A stretch of DNA of 64,000 bases from an uncultured archaeon (GCA_964342815.1 CAYFHS010000005.1:32001-96000); one strand, 5' to 3'. Shown: positions 1-10,957, counted from the first letter of the stretch. Notes: generated from the sequence alone by a model not told the origin. Numbers and translations are program-made.

Positions 1-1
1 T

Positions 2-1309
2 GGGTGATAAGGCAATATGTGTCGGATAACGACTTGAATTTGAGAAATTGAAGATACGGTCCATACCGTTCATATCATCAGCTTTACAGACATTTACGGT
101 ATTATCTGTTGTCGAAAAGGCCAGCGTGCTACCATCTGAGGACCAGCCCAAATCATAGACATAGTCTTCATCTGTCAGGTTTGTAATAAGATGCCAATCA
201 TCGGTATCGTATATATTTATCACATCATCGGGATTGCCGTTCATTCCCACGGCCAACCTGTCGTTTCCGGGAGACCACTCAATCGATCTCGGAATTATCA
301 TGTCGCTTTCTAGTTGCTGTATATTTTTCCAGTTCCTCGTATCATATATCTCTACATAACCTTGCCAATAATCCGAATCATACCCTAAAGCGAATAAAGT
401 TCCGTCTTGAGACCAATCCATACAATCTATATGTTCCCCCCCACTGGTAAGAGTTTCTTTTAATACCATAGTACCCGCATCGAGGATTTCCACAATACCA
501 TCTAAATATTTGACCGCCAACATATCACTATCAGGAGAATAGTCCACTTCCATTATTTTATAGGAATCATGACTGTAATTGGATATCACGGTCCAATCAT
601 TTGGATCAATTATTTTGATAATGTCATCAACGAAAACTATAATTTTTTCTCCATCAGAAGACCATTCGAGGTATTTTATCGAATAACGATTGAAGTAATT
701 ATTGGAATAAGGATACATCTTATACTTGGTGATACTCCTCCATGAATACGTATCCCATAAAATGATCTCTCCATCTCCAGACCCTGTCGCAATTTTCGAA
801 CCATCGGGAGACCAAGAAATTCTCGATACGCCGTCCGAATGACCTACAAGTGTCTGTTGACATTCCCAACTCTCCGTGTCCCAAATTTTCACTCTCCAAT
901 CCGAGGAGACAGTGGCCAAATTCATCCCGTCCGGAGACCATTTGAATTCGCTGATAGTCTTCAAATGACCATTCAGGTTCTGAAGACACTTATTATTCTC
1001 GAGATCCCATATTTGAATCGTACTGGATATCGGACTATTGTTTGGATCCGAATCATCTCGCCATATATAATAATAGAGCGAGGCTAAATAATCTCCATCA
1101 GGAGACCAGTCGATACGATTTGGAATATCAATATCATCTGTAAATATACTTTCAAGAGAATAATATTTCTCATCGCTTCTTGAATTGACTTCGCTCGGCG
1201 AGGGCTCGATGATATTAACCGTCGCATTATCATTGTTATAAATCACTGTGGAATTGGTAATGAACAATAATACAGTAAAAAGTAACAACAAGGTCATATA
1301 TCTCTTCAT
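2..1309 (-). CDS. Secreted WD40-repeat beta-propeller protein; partial, runs off the left edge
   Basis: Not in the ORF track because it has no stop in the window. Manual translation from ATG 1309 gives MKRYMTLLLLFTVLF (signal-like), then WD40 repeats such as IQIWDLENNKCLQNLNGHLKTISEFKWSPDG and VKIWDTESWECQQTLVGHSDGVSRISWSPDG. The frame is open in the segments I translated, including the window edge. Confidence 0.85.
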   Translation of the reverse strand, partial: MKRYMTLLLLFTVLLFITNSTVIYNNDNATVNIIEPSPSEVNSRSDEKYYSLESIFTDDIDIPNRIDWSPDGDYLASLYYYIWRDDSDPNNSPISSTIQIWDLENNKCLQNLNGHLKTISEFKWSPDGMNLATVSSDWRVKIWDTESWECQQTLVGHSDGVSRISWSPDGSKIATGSGDGEIILWDTYSWRSITKYKMYPYSNNYFNRYSIKYLEWSSDGEKIIVFVDDIIKIIDPNDWTVISNYSHDSYKIMEVDYSPDSDMLAVKYLDGIVEILDAGTMVLKETLTSGGEHIDCMDWSQDGTLFALGYDSDYWQGYVEIYDTRNWKNIQQLESDMIIPRSIEWSPGNDRLAVGMNGNPDDVINIYDTDDWHLITNLTDEDYVYDLGWSSDGSTLAFSTTDNTVNVCKADDMNGMDRIFNFSNSSRYPTHIALSP

Positions 1310-1573
1310 TTGAATCACGATCAATTCATTTCTTTACTTGTATAATTAGTTTTAGGAGTTATTCCCTTGAATTATCTTCCTTTTTGTCAGACGTTGTGTT
1401 AAATGCTTTTGTCAACAATGTAACATAATTGAAGACATATAGTTTATAGACGTATTTCCATTACTTAGATTAAGATTGGAATTATACAATTATGGGCCTG
1501 GAATTATAGTCAGGGAATATGAGGTATGTTTGGCCCGTATAATAACTGTCGTCTTCGTCACCGTATGCTCCAA

Positions 1574-4500
1574 TCAGAATGTCGTCATATCCGTTTCCGT
1601 CCCAGGTTTCGTTTCGGCGTATACGTAGATCTGACATTTTATACACCAGTAACAATCGTATTCTGGATAGTACTGGGATGCCTTAGCGCATGTGGGACAT
1701 ATCGGAGTCTCTAAGGATTCTACTTGTTCTTCCGAAGCTCTATCAGTTTTTGATTGATCGGAATTAAGCGTCGATACTCTAGTGACTGGACGTGTGTTGA
1801 CAATTTCCGATCCAGCCTTGACTCCCGTGGATTCCTGCTGTATCATCCCTCCGTGAATCTCCTCTCTACCACCATCCCATTTTTTCTCAACTATCCCTGG
1901 CTCATCAATCGCACAACCCTCCGATTTCACCTCATCTTCCCCCTTCTTCCCCCTCGTAATCAATACCACTACCATAATCACTATAAACACAAGGACCACA
2001 ACCTCAACTCCCATTATCCACCACACCCAGCCGTCTACTTCCTCCACTTTTTTCTCCCGTTCCCACTGGTCCCCATCATATGGAAAAGCATCGTTTGCAT
2101 TTGGTACTCCGTCCCCATCCTTGTCAGGGTCTAAAGAATTGGGGATGCCGTCCTCGTCCAAATCTCGTGGAACCGAGAGTTTATCCATCGGGTCTTTACC
2201 AACTTGAATTTCGACGGAGTTATCCCATCCATCTCCGTCCCAGTCGAATGGGGTGGAACTTTCATTAAAGGGATCACTGCCCATAATAATCTCGTAGGTA
2301 TCAATGTACCCGTCGCTGTCCGAATCCTTTTCGGAGCTGTCCGTGGTGATCGTCAAGTACCCGTTTTCAGGGAATCTAACAGTATATTCACCGTCCGAAA
2401 CAGAATAATAATATTGATGAACTCCCTCGGTCATATTCAGAGTTAAATAATATTGAACTCCCTTTTTAAGGTCAAATGAGATGGGATCTTCTGCTATCAT
2501 GTCATACAAATCGTTATCGATGAACGCACTGATAACGACCGGTTCGTCGCCGTCAATGTCTTTGTACATAACAGAAAACGTAAGGTTTGTGGACGTATCA
2601 CCGTTGCTTAAAGTGGCATTGCCATCGTACAATATGGGTGGATCATTAACATTCAAAACGTGAAGTGGAAATTCGGTATAATCCCAACCATCGTTTCCAT
2701 CTGACACAGAAATATTGACCGTATAGATACCCACCTCGTCATTCGTGGGTGTTTCATATATGAGACCGGTTTTGGAATTTATAGATAACCAAGTGGCATT
2801 CGTAGTCAGAGACCATGATATTGATCCTTGACCGTCATCGGTAGAATGATAATTGTTAAAGTATTCCTCATCCTGAGATATTTCTTCAATATTTTGAGTG
2901 GTAATAACGGGAGGCGTATTCAAAACATCGAAAAAGAAATTCAGAAAATCGATACCACCCTTACCGTCATCCATGGAAACATTTATGTTATACGCACCTA
3001 CGTCACGATTCGTTGGATTACCGTAGAGAACTCCCGATGTCGTGTTCTGATTCAACCAATCGGCATCAGATTCAAGATTCCAGGTAATAATACCTTCACC
3101 CTCATCGGTCGAATTAATATCTAAAAATAATTCTTCATCCTCATAAACGTAAGTCTTTTTGGGGAAAAATATTGCTGGGGGTGTATTATTAACAATAATG
3201 GTGAACTTTATCTCATCAGAATAAATATTACCTTCTACCTGAAGATTGACCCAATAAGCACCCACATGAATATTGGTGGGGGTTCCGAAGAGGTTCATAT
3301 TGAATTCATCCCAAAATAACCAGGGCGCATTAGTTTCGAATGTCCACAACTCGGGATTCACCCCTGTGGTATTAAAATGGAGTAAAAAGTTCTCATCTTC
3401 GTTGATATATACATTGTTTGGTCTTGGTGCAATATGTATGCCCGGTCCATTGCTAATATTGATTAGTATAGTAGGATCTTTCCTGGATGAAATCTCAACC
3501 CACCCTCCAAGAGATACATCAATCCAATGATATCTTTCATGCGTTCTAGTAGCGATGGTAATCTCACCTCGGAACTTACCGGTGTTTTCTCCAGTCTCAT
3601 TTAATCTCAATATGAATCGCTTATTGGGATTTGAATTTCCTTTAACCCAAACCTGGGCAATATTCTTCTGAGCACCCCCGTCGATTCCATGCAATTCCAA
3701 GTAAATTTTATCGATAGGTTCTGTAGAGGTAATTTCATGTATGTATTCGTCGTCGGAATAAGCTTTGATCGAGGTAATCGATGTGGGTCTGGAATTATGG
3801 TCCGGGAAGATGAGGTATGTCTGTCCAGCATAATCCCCACCGTCTCCGTCTCCATCTGCTCCGATCAGAATGTCGTAGTATCCGTCCCCGTTGACGTCTC
3901 CCGCTCCAGCGACCGACGTTCCGGACCAACATCCATACTCTTCACCCCAAAAGGAAGCATCTGAAGCGGAGAGGTCATCATCCATGGTCCAGTTTGAAGC
4001 CTTGCCGAGTATAAGGTAGGTCTGACCAGCATCGCCACCGACCTCATCAGCGGGGGCTCCGATCAGAATGTCGTAGTATCCGTCCCCGTTGACGTCTCCC
4101 GCTCCAGCGACCGAGGATCCGGATATGTCATATCGGTCCTCCCCCCAGAATGATGCGTCTGAAGCAGAGAGATCGGCATCCAAGGTCCAGCCGGAGGCCT
4201 TGCCTAAAATGAGGTATGTCTGGCCTGCTCGATCACCTCCATCGTCATTCCCGGTTGCTCCAATCAGAATATCATCAAAACCATCTCCATTGACATCCCC
4301 CGCACCAGCGACCGAACCACCCGAAGTGTCGTTTACATCTTCGCCCCAAAAGGATGCATCCGAAGCGGAGAGGTCGGTGTCCATGGCCCAGCCGGAGGCC
4401 TTGCCAAGTATGAGGTATGTCTGGCCTGCTTCTTTACCGCCGTCCTCGTTGAAGGGTGCTCCAATCAGAATGTCATCGTATCCGTCCCCGTTGACATCAC

Positions 4501-5278
4501 CTGCATCTGCGACTGAGCATCCCGACCAGTCGCCTTCGTCCTCCCCCCAGAATGATGCATCTGAAACGGAGAGGTCGGTGTCCATAGCCCAGCCAGAAGC
4601 CTTACCAAATATGAGGTATGTCTGGCCTGCTCGATCACCTCCATCGTCATTCCCGGTTGCTCCAATCAAAATATCGTCATATCCGTCCCCGTTGACGTCC
4701 CCCACACCAGCGATTGACCATCCGGAATAGTCGCCAGCATTCTCTCCCCAAAATGATGCATCTGAAACGGAGAGGTCGGTGTCCATAGCCCAGCCAGAAG
4801 CCTTACCAAATATGAGGTATGTCTGGCCTGCTTCGCTACCGCCATCTTCGTTCGAGTATGCACCAATCAGAATGTCATCGTATCCGTCGCCGTTGACATC
4901 CCCTGCACCTGCAACGGAGTATCCTGACTCGTCACCAGAAGTCTCACCCCAAAATGATGCGTCTGAAGCAGAGAGATCGGTATCCATGGCCCATCCTGAG
5001 GCCTTGCCTAAAATGAGGTATGTCTGGCCCGCCCAATAACCACCGTCCTCGTTACCGTTTGCTCCAATGAGAATATCATTGAATCCATCCCCATTGACAT
5101 CCCCCACAACAGCCACCGAGTATCCAGATTGGTCACCTTCCTTCTCTCCCCAGAATGATGCTTCAACATTTCCGAGATACTGATCCATTCCGTAATCCAG
5201 TGCCTCAGAAGGAATCGAGATGAGTAGCTTTGAAACTATCATCAGGAACATCATACAAAGAGCGTATCCAATTCTCAT
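1574..5278 (-). CDS. FG-GAP (integrin-alpha-like) 7-bladed propeller surface protein with Ig/cadherin-like repeats, DxDxDG Ca-binding repeats, C-terminal TM helix and cytoplasmic Zn-ribbon
   Basis: Seven ASFWGE..D.SG.SVAGAGDVNGDG.DDILIGA repeats; DSDSDG/DWDGDG/DLDEDG motifs; TM WWIMGVEVVVLVFIVIMVVVLI; tail CPTC..YYPEYDCYWCIKC. The ORF track starts at 5449, but the signal-peptide-like MRIGYALC at 5278 is the likelier start. Confidence 0.85.
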   Translation of the reverse strand: MRIGYALCMMFLMIVSKLLISIPSEALDYGMDQYLGNVEASFWGEKEGDQSGYSVAVVGDVNGDGFNDILIGANGNEDGGYWAGQTYLILGKASGWAMDTDLSASDASFWGETSGDESGYSVAGAGDVNGDGYDDILIGAYSNEDGGSEAGQTYLIFGKASGWAMDTDLSVSDASFWGENAGDYSGWSIAGVGDVNGDGYDDILIGATGNDDGGDRAGQTYLIFGKASGWAMDTDLSVSDASFWGEDEGDWSGCSVADAGDVNGDGYDDILIGAPFNEDGGKEAGQTYLILGKASGWAMDTDLSASDASFWGEDVNDTSGGSVAGAGDVNGDGFDDILIGATGNDDGGDRAGQTYLILGKASGWTLDADLSASDASFWGEDRYDISGSSVAGAGDVNGDGYYDILIGAPADEVGGDAGQTYLILGKASNWTMDDDLSASDASFWGEEYGCWSGTSVAGAGDVNGDGYYDILIGADGDGDGGDYAGQTYLIFPDHNSRPTSITSIKAYSDDEYIHEITSTEPIDKIYLELHGIDGGAQKNIAQVWVKGNSNPNKRFILRLNETGENTGKFRGEITIATRTHERYHWIDVSLGGWVEISSRKDPTILINISNGPGIHIAPRPNNVYINEDENFLLHFNTTGVNPELWTFETNAPWLFWDEFNMNLFGTPTNIHVGAYWVNLQVEGNIYSDEIKFTIIVNNTPPAIFFPKKTYVYEDEELFLDINSTDEGEGIITWNLESDADWLNQNTTSGVLYGNPTNRDVGAYNINVSMDDGKGGIDFLNFFFDVLNTPPVITTQNIEEISQDEEYFNNYHSTDDGQGSISWSLTTNATWLSINSKTGLIYETPTNDEVGIYTVNISVSDGNDGWDYTEFPLHVLNVNDPPILYDGNATLSNGDTSTNLTFSVMYKDIDGDEPVVISAFIDNDLYDMIAEDPISFDLKKGVQYYLTLNMTEGVHQYYYSVSDGEYTVRFPENGYLTITTDSSEKDSDSDGYIDTYEIIMGSDPFNESSTPFDWDGDGWDNSVEIQVGKDPMDKLSVPRDLDEDGIPNSLDPDKDGDGVPNANDAFPYDGDQWEREKKVEEVDGWVWWIMGVEVVVLVFIVIMVVVLITRGKKGEDEVKSEGCAIDEPGIVEKKWDGGREEIHGGMIQQESTGVKAGSEIVNTRPVTRVSTLNSDQSKTDRASEEQVESLETPICPTCAKASQYYPEYDCYWCIKCQIYVYAETKPGTETDMTTF
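3810..5170 (-). repeat. Intragenic ~201-bp (67-aa) FG-GAP tandem repeat, 7 units; boundaries approximate
   Basis: Periodic DNA similarity. An 81-bp identical block lies at 4551-4631 and 4752-4832, and a 58-bp identical block at 4209-4266 and 4611-4668. Confidence 0.85.
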
Positions 5279-5740
5279 TGTGATTACCTTTTCAAAATTA
5301 TTTCTTGATTTACAATTAATATATGAATTGATAGTTATTATGATAATTAAATATATGTCCTTTATTTCCTCCTCTTTGGTCGCCATCGCTCCCTTGCCCC
5401 GTTGCACAATATGTATTCCTGGGGATGCATAAGGTCTGTCGATATGCAAATTATATGTTCAGCAATGTTTCCTGTTATAAACACTCTGCGGGACGGACTT
5501 TGAATTAGTAAGGGGGGGTGGATTTTGAGCTATTCTCTTTTGAGCACATATTTTACCATGACAATGTAATATTGGAAAGGGCAAAGATGACACCCTTTTT
5601 TTCGTCAGCAATCTTAGACCTTTAATTAATTTGTTTGTACAAATAAAAATTATCTAAGGATAACGTATTCTGATCTACAGTCCTGAGATAAGCAACAAGG
5701 GGTTAGAAATAAATACCTTCCAAGTAATATCATACATACC

Positions 5741-8700
5741 ATGAAACGCCCAATAAAATACCTTCATAATCTTCATTTTCATTTCTCAATTTTCTGCATT
5801 ATATCAATTATTTTTCTATCCATCTTAATGCCGACTATGGAAGGCGAGCCGCCATTCCTTACATTATCCGACAAACATTCTCCTGGTACTTCAGTGAGGG
5901 ATCCCGTCACCCAATACGGTTATTTCGATTATAATTCCATGGTGGATATGCTTAATGGGTTCGAGACGGATTACCCCGATCTCGTGGACCTGTCCACAGC
6001 ACAGGATGTCTACTCGATTCCCGATTGCGTGGATGGTTACAAAACATATATGCTGAGGATATCTAACGAAACTAGGGTTTCCTCTTCGACTCCGGAGGTT
6101 CTCTTTCTCGGTGGTATTCATGGTGACGAGAAGATATCCGTTTCAGCTGCCATGTACCTGGCCAAATTCCTGCTGGAGAACTATCATAATGATGAATATT
6201 TGCGCTATTTGGTGGATAACCGTGAGATCTATATCATGCCTTGTCTCAATCCCTATGGCCTGGAGAACGGGCAGCGTCTGGACGGGGACGGAGAAGACGT
6301 GAACCGGGATTTCTCCTTTGATCAACCCGGACTCGCATTCACAAGTGTTGGTGCCCTGGCAGTCCACGAACTTATGCGCGATCACCTTTTCATCTCCGCG
6401 GTAAACTGGCACTCAGGAACAGAAGCAATTGGGTACGCGTGGGGGTGTGAGGCCCACGATACAGCAACCGACGAATCTCCGGATGATTCGGCCTTTTACA
6501 GTCAAGCCCAGGGCATGCGCAGCTATGCCGGGGATTACCGGGGCCTTTATCCCGTAGGCCGGAATAACCAGGTCATCTATTATGCGAGGGGTGCATTTTC
6601 CGATTATGCCTATGCAGCTTCGTGGGAGGCTGAGAACAGCGATGAGGATTGGCCGACCGGAGGATGCAGGGCCCTTGGTTATACCGTGGAGATATCCGAT
6701 TCGAATGAACCGGAACTTGATGAATTGGGTACCGATGAATTTATCTATTACCCTGGTGGAGACGGGGACGGATACATCCCGAAGAACATTCGCCTTGCAC
6801 TGTACCAGATCGATACGGCGTCCCCCTACGTGAGGGAGCCGGCAGACTACGAGCCTCCAGAATTCGCCGATCCCAACGGCCGCACAATTGTGAAATGGGT
6901 TGTGGGAGGGTGCGAGAAGGTCGACTCAGCTGAAATAATTGCATCTAGCGTTCCCGATGTAAAAAACAATACGCTTTGGCGTTCATCCCTCCTTCCCGCT
7001 AACAGCAGTTGGGAGAATTTAGCCGCAGGGGGAAATCCGTTAACCATGAAGGATTTCCAGCATGAACTGCCAATACCCATGGAGGCCGGAACCTATTATT
7101 ATCAGATAAAGGTGATTGTGGACGGCCATCTGACCGAGCAGGGGACTCCATCTCCGCTTGTATCTCCACAGAGCCTATATGCGAAATTGAGAACAATGGA
7201 TAACGAGATCATAAGAAACGGCGATCAGGTCCTGTACTGCAGCAGTACTTATGAAAGTAAGATATACAAGGTGGTGGTGAACAGTTCTGTCCTTCTTGAT
7301 CCGTTACCCCTTTCCCTTGGGGCCGGAGAATCGCTCGGGCTTGAATGGCGGACCAGCGTAACGGGCGGTGTGAACCGGAGTTACATCGCATGGGGTGAGC
7401 GGGATCCCCGCATTTCGCCGGATTATATGGTGAACGGCACATTGATAGACGAAGACCGCTACGGTATAGACATAATTTTGCCGGATCGATGGGGCAATTT
7501 CCTTTTCGTGGCGGTAGCAATTGATCAATTGGGGAAGGTTTTCTTTTCCCAGCTCGCCGCAGTCAGCACTTGGCCTTCAGTACAGATTACCTCTCTGCCC
7601 CATGAGACCCTGAGGGATAGTTACATCAATATCAGCTGGAGCGTACAGCATGCGGAAACGGTGGACTCATCATATGTTTTTGCCGCCTTTTCCGGGGATT
7701 TGTGGAACAATTCACTGGTAAGTGCCGGACCTTTTTCAGGGGATGAAACCAGTTTTACAGGGAGGATAAGAGCTCCGGACACAACGGGGCTGCTTCGCTT
7801 GGGAGTCAGAGCCCAGGTGGATTCGCAGCCTACACATTTCTATTCGAGTGTGGAAACCATCCGAATTCTCGAACACTTTTCCATAAGCGGTACCATCCTG
7901 GACTATACCGGTGGATTCACCCAGATTCTGGATGTCACAAACGTCACCGTATCCCAATCGGAACCGGGGGCCCCGTCTCTTGGACCGGATGGGCTTTCTT
8001 TGTATGCTTTCACAGTAACGGATTCATTGGGTAAAGACACCAACCTTTCCGGAAACCTGTCCTTTGATCCAATCTCATCGGTATGGGGAGCATCCGGAAT
8101 TAACGTTTCAAATCTCTCCGAGGGAAGCCATTATGTCCGGATGGGTTTCCGTTATGACAGTATTGACATATCGAGTCAGTTGTCTGGGAGTTCACTTTTT
8201 TACGTGGACCACACGATATCTGTTTCCAGTCTCAATTTTACATTCAGCAACAAGCTCACCTTAATAATTCAGAACCTGACGATCATTTCCTCGAAACCAA
8301 ACCGTTCTCCCCTGCCGGGGGAATCCTTGGTGAACAGCACCCTGGAACTGTTTTATGATAACAATGGGACCCCCTTGTTGAACGTAAGAGATATGATAAT
8401 TTTCGATCCGCTCTCCCGGGAATGGTCTTCCCTGCCAATGGACCTTGGTGGGGCTATGCCCGGCAAATACCGCTTTATTTTATCCTTGGAAACCGTATTC
8501 GCAAACATATCCGTTTCCCAAGAACGATTCACCTTCGTGATTCCGGAGCTTGTGGGTGTAACGACCCTGTCCATCACAAATTTATCCTATACCGAGGGTC
8601 CGATCCCAGTTCTGGAACTGGGCGGTATTGTTGTCAAATTACCAGATAGGTTGAATGGTGGACCTTATTTCGATTATTTTCGTAACACCCGGGTCGATTT

Positions 8701-9460
8701 CAAGATATCATCCACGGAGTACCACGAAACCAGAGCTTTCTATCCAGTTTTTTCGGGTGGTCCGGATGATTTTGATTTCAACCTGTCCGGTTTCCCCTCC
8801 GGAACCTACGGTCTCAGTGGATATTTTTCAACGAAGGTGGTATTTCCTCTGGGTGGTTCGCTGGTCCTGGGTGCAGACTACATCTATCCTTTACCGATAA
8901 TAGTGGAGCATCGATACTGGTTCGGAGATTCTGTGAATGTGACGGTAAGGCAGGACCGGTCTGCCCAAGTAATATCGAGCATGGACATGAGAGAGATCGA
9001 ATTGTTCTCGACATGGGATCATGATTTCGAAAAAAATATCATGCTGCGGGCCATGGTTATGAGGGGTACAATGGAGCTCTTCAATATCTCAGTTTTCTTC
9101 CATGAGCAATCCGGTTACTGGGAGATATTAAATGTCGATATTTCAACACTGGAGCCAGGCGATTATTATGTCCGGCTCGAAGGGAAGATTGATAACCTTA
9201 CTTTTACCAGCGGGAAGGTATTTGAGAACAGATCCAGGTTCAGGGTTGGTTCGGGCAGTACTGACGATATACGGACCGGTTCAGGAATCGCTGTATGGGT
9301 TTGTGTTGTCCTTGTTTTGCTAATACTACTTGCAGCAGCGGTCCTGTTCTTCATTCGGAACAGAAAACGGAGGAAACAAGAGAACTCTGAAGTACCGGTG
9401 ATCGAAAGGGATGACGAACAAATACGCGATTCGGAAATGTCTGACTTCAAGGAAAACTGA
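5741..9460 (+). CDS. Membrane-anchored extracellular M14 zinc carboxypeptidase with long C-terminal beta-rich stalk
   Basis: Signal-like N-terminus; GIHGDE (HxxE), NRDF, NWHSG and YTVEIS M14 motifs; C-terminal TM followed by RNRKRRK. Confidence 0.85.
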   Translation: MKRPIKYLHNLHFHFSIFCIISIIFLSILMPTMEGEPPFLTLSDKHSPGTSVRDPVTQYGYFDYNSMVDMLNGFETDYPDLVDLSTAQDVYSIPDCVDGYKTYMLRISNETRVSSSTPEVLFLGGIHGDEKISVSAAMYLAKFLLENYHNDEYLRYLVDNREIYIMPCLNPYGLENGQRLDGDGEDVNRDFSFDQPGLAFTSVGALAVHELMRDHLFISAVNWHSGTEAIGYAWGCEAHDTATDESPDDSAFYSQAQGMRSYAGDYRGLYPVGRNNQVIYYARGAFSDYAYAASWEAENSDEDWPTGGCRALGYTVEISDSNEPELDELGTDEFIYYPGGDGDGYIPKNIRLALYQIDTASPYVREPADYEPPEFADPNGRTIVKWVVGGCEKVDSAEIIASSVPDVKNNTLWRSSLLPANSSWENLAAGGNPLTMKDFQHELPIPMEAGTYYYQIKVIVDGHLTEQGTPSPLVSPQSLYAKLRTMDNEIIRNGDQVLYCSSTYESKIYKVVVNSSVLLDPLPLSLGAGESLGLEWRTSVTGGVNRSYIAWGERDPRISPDYMVNGTLIDEDRYGIDIILPDRWGNFLFVAVAIDQLGKVFFSQLAAVSTWPSVQITSLPHETLRDSYINISWSVQHAETVDSSYVFAAFSGDLWNNSLVSAGPFSGDETSFTGRIRAPDTTGLLRLGVRAQVDSQPTHFYSSVETIRILEHFSISGTILDYTGGFTQILDVTNVTVSQSEPGAPSLGPDGLSLYAFTVTDSLGKDTNLSGNLSFDPISSVWGASGINVSNLSEGSHYVRMGFRYDSIDISSQLSGSSLFYVDHTISVSSLNFTFSNKLTLIIQNLTIISSKPNRSPLPGESLVNSTLELFYDNNGTPLLNVRDMIIFDPLSREWSSLPMDLGGAMPGKYRFILSLETVFANISVSQERFTFVIPELVGVTTLSITNLSYTEGPIPVLELGGIVVKLPDRLNGGPYFDYFRNTRVDFKISSTEYHETRAFYPVFSGGPDDFDFNLSGFPSGTYGLSGYFSTKVVFPLGGSLVLGADYIYPLPIIVEHRYWFGDSVNVTVRQDRSAQVISSMDMREIELFSTWDHDFEKNIMLRAMVMRGTMELFNISVFFHEQSGYWEILNVDISTLEPGDYYVRLEGKIDNLTFTSGKVFENRSRFRVGSGSTDDIRTGSGIAVWVCVVLVLLILLAAAVLFFIRNRKRRKQENSEVPVIERDDEQIRDSEMSDFKEN

Positions 9461-9464
9461 AAAT

Positions 9465-10736
9465 TCACATCTTCGGGAGATAACACTCGAGGAAACTGAA
9501 AAGGGATTGAGTGATATCGCTTTTGGACTGCTCGTCAAGTTCCTCATAATCCTTTAATATCTGGAAGATGGGGGTGCCAAGGGTCTTGATAATAACAAGT
9601 GTATCCCGCATGGGATTCACATTGCTGAGCGCATGGCTCTCGTTTCCCATTACCTTGTAATCGTTTATGGCTTCCTTCATAAGCACAAGGTTCATCTGTC
9701 GGGTTCCAAGGTGAAGATATGCTTTCTTCTTGATCCGCACGACGGGGTGAAGGAATTCCCTCTGGTCAGTGAACCTGAAGGGACTTTGTTCCATGGAAAG
9801 CATTTTTGAGAGGTTGTCAAGCGTATGAAGAAAAGCTTCTTCATGACTGGTATAATTTCCTTTAAGGAACAATTCTTTGGAGTCGGTGACCTTGATCCTC
9901 CCCTCTTCATCGGGTTGGTACGGAATTTCCTGTGGGGGTGCGCCCCATTGGCCGTGTCCGTCGTCCGGATATGCTGATCCGGGCGGGGGCCCAAACTGTT
10001 GGCGGGGATCATAACCTGGCATCGGCTGCTGCCCATAAGGGAGTGCCCCCTGCGGATAAGGATTGTATCCCGTCATCCGGGGATCGTGAGCGGCTTCAGG
10101 CCGTTGCATCCTGGGGTCATAACCTTGTCCCGGTGGCTGGGCAAATTGGTTCTGTTGTTGTCCCTGCTGAGGTGCTGGTCCTGGCTGGAACCGCGGATCG
10201 TAAGCCTGCCCCATAGGATTCGAAGGAGGAGTTCCCTGCATCTGCCTCTGTGCAGTTTGACCATATGGGTCGTGGGCGGGAGGTGTTCCGAACTGTTGGG
10301 GATTCTCTTGAAACATTTCCTGCGGCGCGCAATCTCTAGCCGGGGCTTGGTCCAAGGGGGCATATTTCTGTTCGACGACAACGGGAGGTGGAGAATATTG
10401 TACCGCTTGGGGTGGGGTTTGTGCGGGAACCGGCTGAAGAGGTTGTTTTGCTGGGTCCATTTTAAATACGTAAAATACCAGATCGTTATAAATATTTGAA
10501 GAAAAGGAGGGATCATCCACCTCCACAAGCATTTCGGCGCCGAGTTTCAGTGAGTATGCCTTCGCTGCCCTTCTTATCCTATCGGTATCCCAGTTCTTGT
10601 CGAACTCGAAGGGAGGTTCAAGTTCGAACCAACCCTGCTGGGCAAGTATCTGAAAGAAGGAATCCTTCTCATGGCGGTTGACAAGCCTGAACTCGAATTT
10701 TTTATCGTCCTTCTTCTTTTTTCCAAACAGACCCAT
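9465..10736 (-). CDS. Hypothetical protein with central Q/P/G/Y-rich low-complexity region
   Basis: 425-aa ORF in the track (TTG 10742); ATG at 10736 preferred. Globular-looking ends flank a QP-rich linker with YDPR repeats. Confidence 0.75.
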   Translation of the reverse strand: MGLFGKKKKDDKKFEFRLVNRHEKDSFFQILAQQGWFELEPPFEFDKNWDTDRIRRAAKAYSLKLGAEMLVEVDDPSFSSNIYNDLVFYVFKMDPAKQPLQPVPAQTPPQAVQYSPPPVVVEQKYAPLDQAPARDCAPQEMFQENPQQFGTPPAHDPYGQTAQRQMQGTPPSNPMGQAYDPRFQPGPAPQQGQQQNQFAQPPGQGYDPRMQRPEAAHDPRMTGYNPYPQGALPYGQQPMPGYDPRQQFGPPPGSAYPDDGHGQWGAPPQEIPYQPDEEGRIKVTDSKELFLKGNYTSHEEAFLHTLDNLSKMLSMEQSPFRFTDQREFLHPVVRIKKKAYLHLGTRQMNLVLMKEAINDYKVMGNESHALSNVNPMRDTLVIIKTLGTPIFQILKDYEELDEQSKSDITQSLFSFLECYLPKM

Positions 10737-10957
10737 TTTCAATCACCGAATCATGAAATACCCGCAACAAATGCGGGTGTGACTGGGGAATAGCGCAAGT
10801 TGAGAAACGAAATCCTCCACAAGAGCACATGTTCAATTCAACTATCCCATTTATTCATCCCTGACGTGCGATTGTAACGATGAAATAGTATTTAACCTTT
10901 TTATTTAATATTTCCAAGGATTTCTTAAAGATTTCCCTGGAATCCTCCTCCTGTACC

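Noticed and set aside
4089-5039. Long plus-strand ORFs (213 aa, 86 aa)
   Set aside because: Antisense shadows of the FG-GAP repeats.
9692-10681. Several overlapping alternative ORFs
   Set aside because: By-products of low-complexity, stop-poor sequence within the Q/P-rich gene.
10760-10860. ZTP-riboswitch-like gtgtgactgg..gagcac segment
   Set aside because: It lies on the plus strand with no downstream plus-strand gene, and the 3' CGCCUGGGC-type element is absent.
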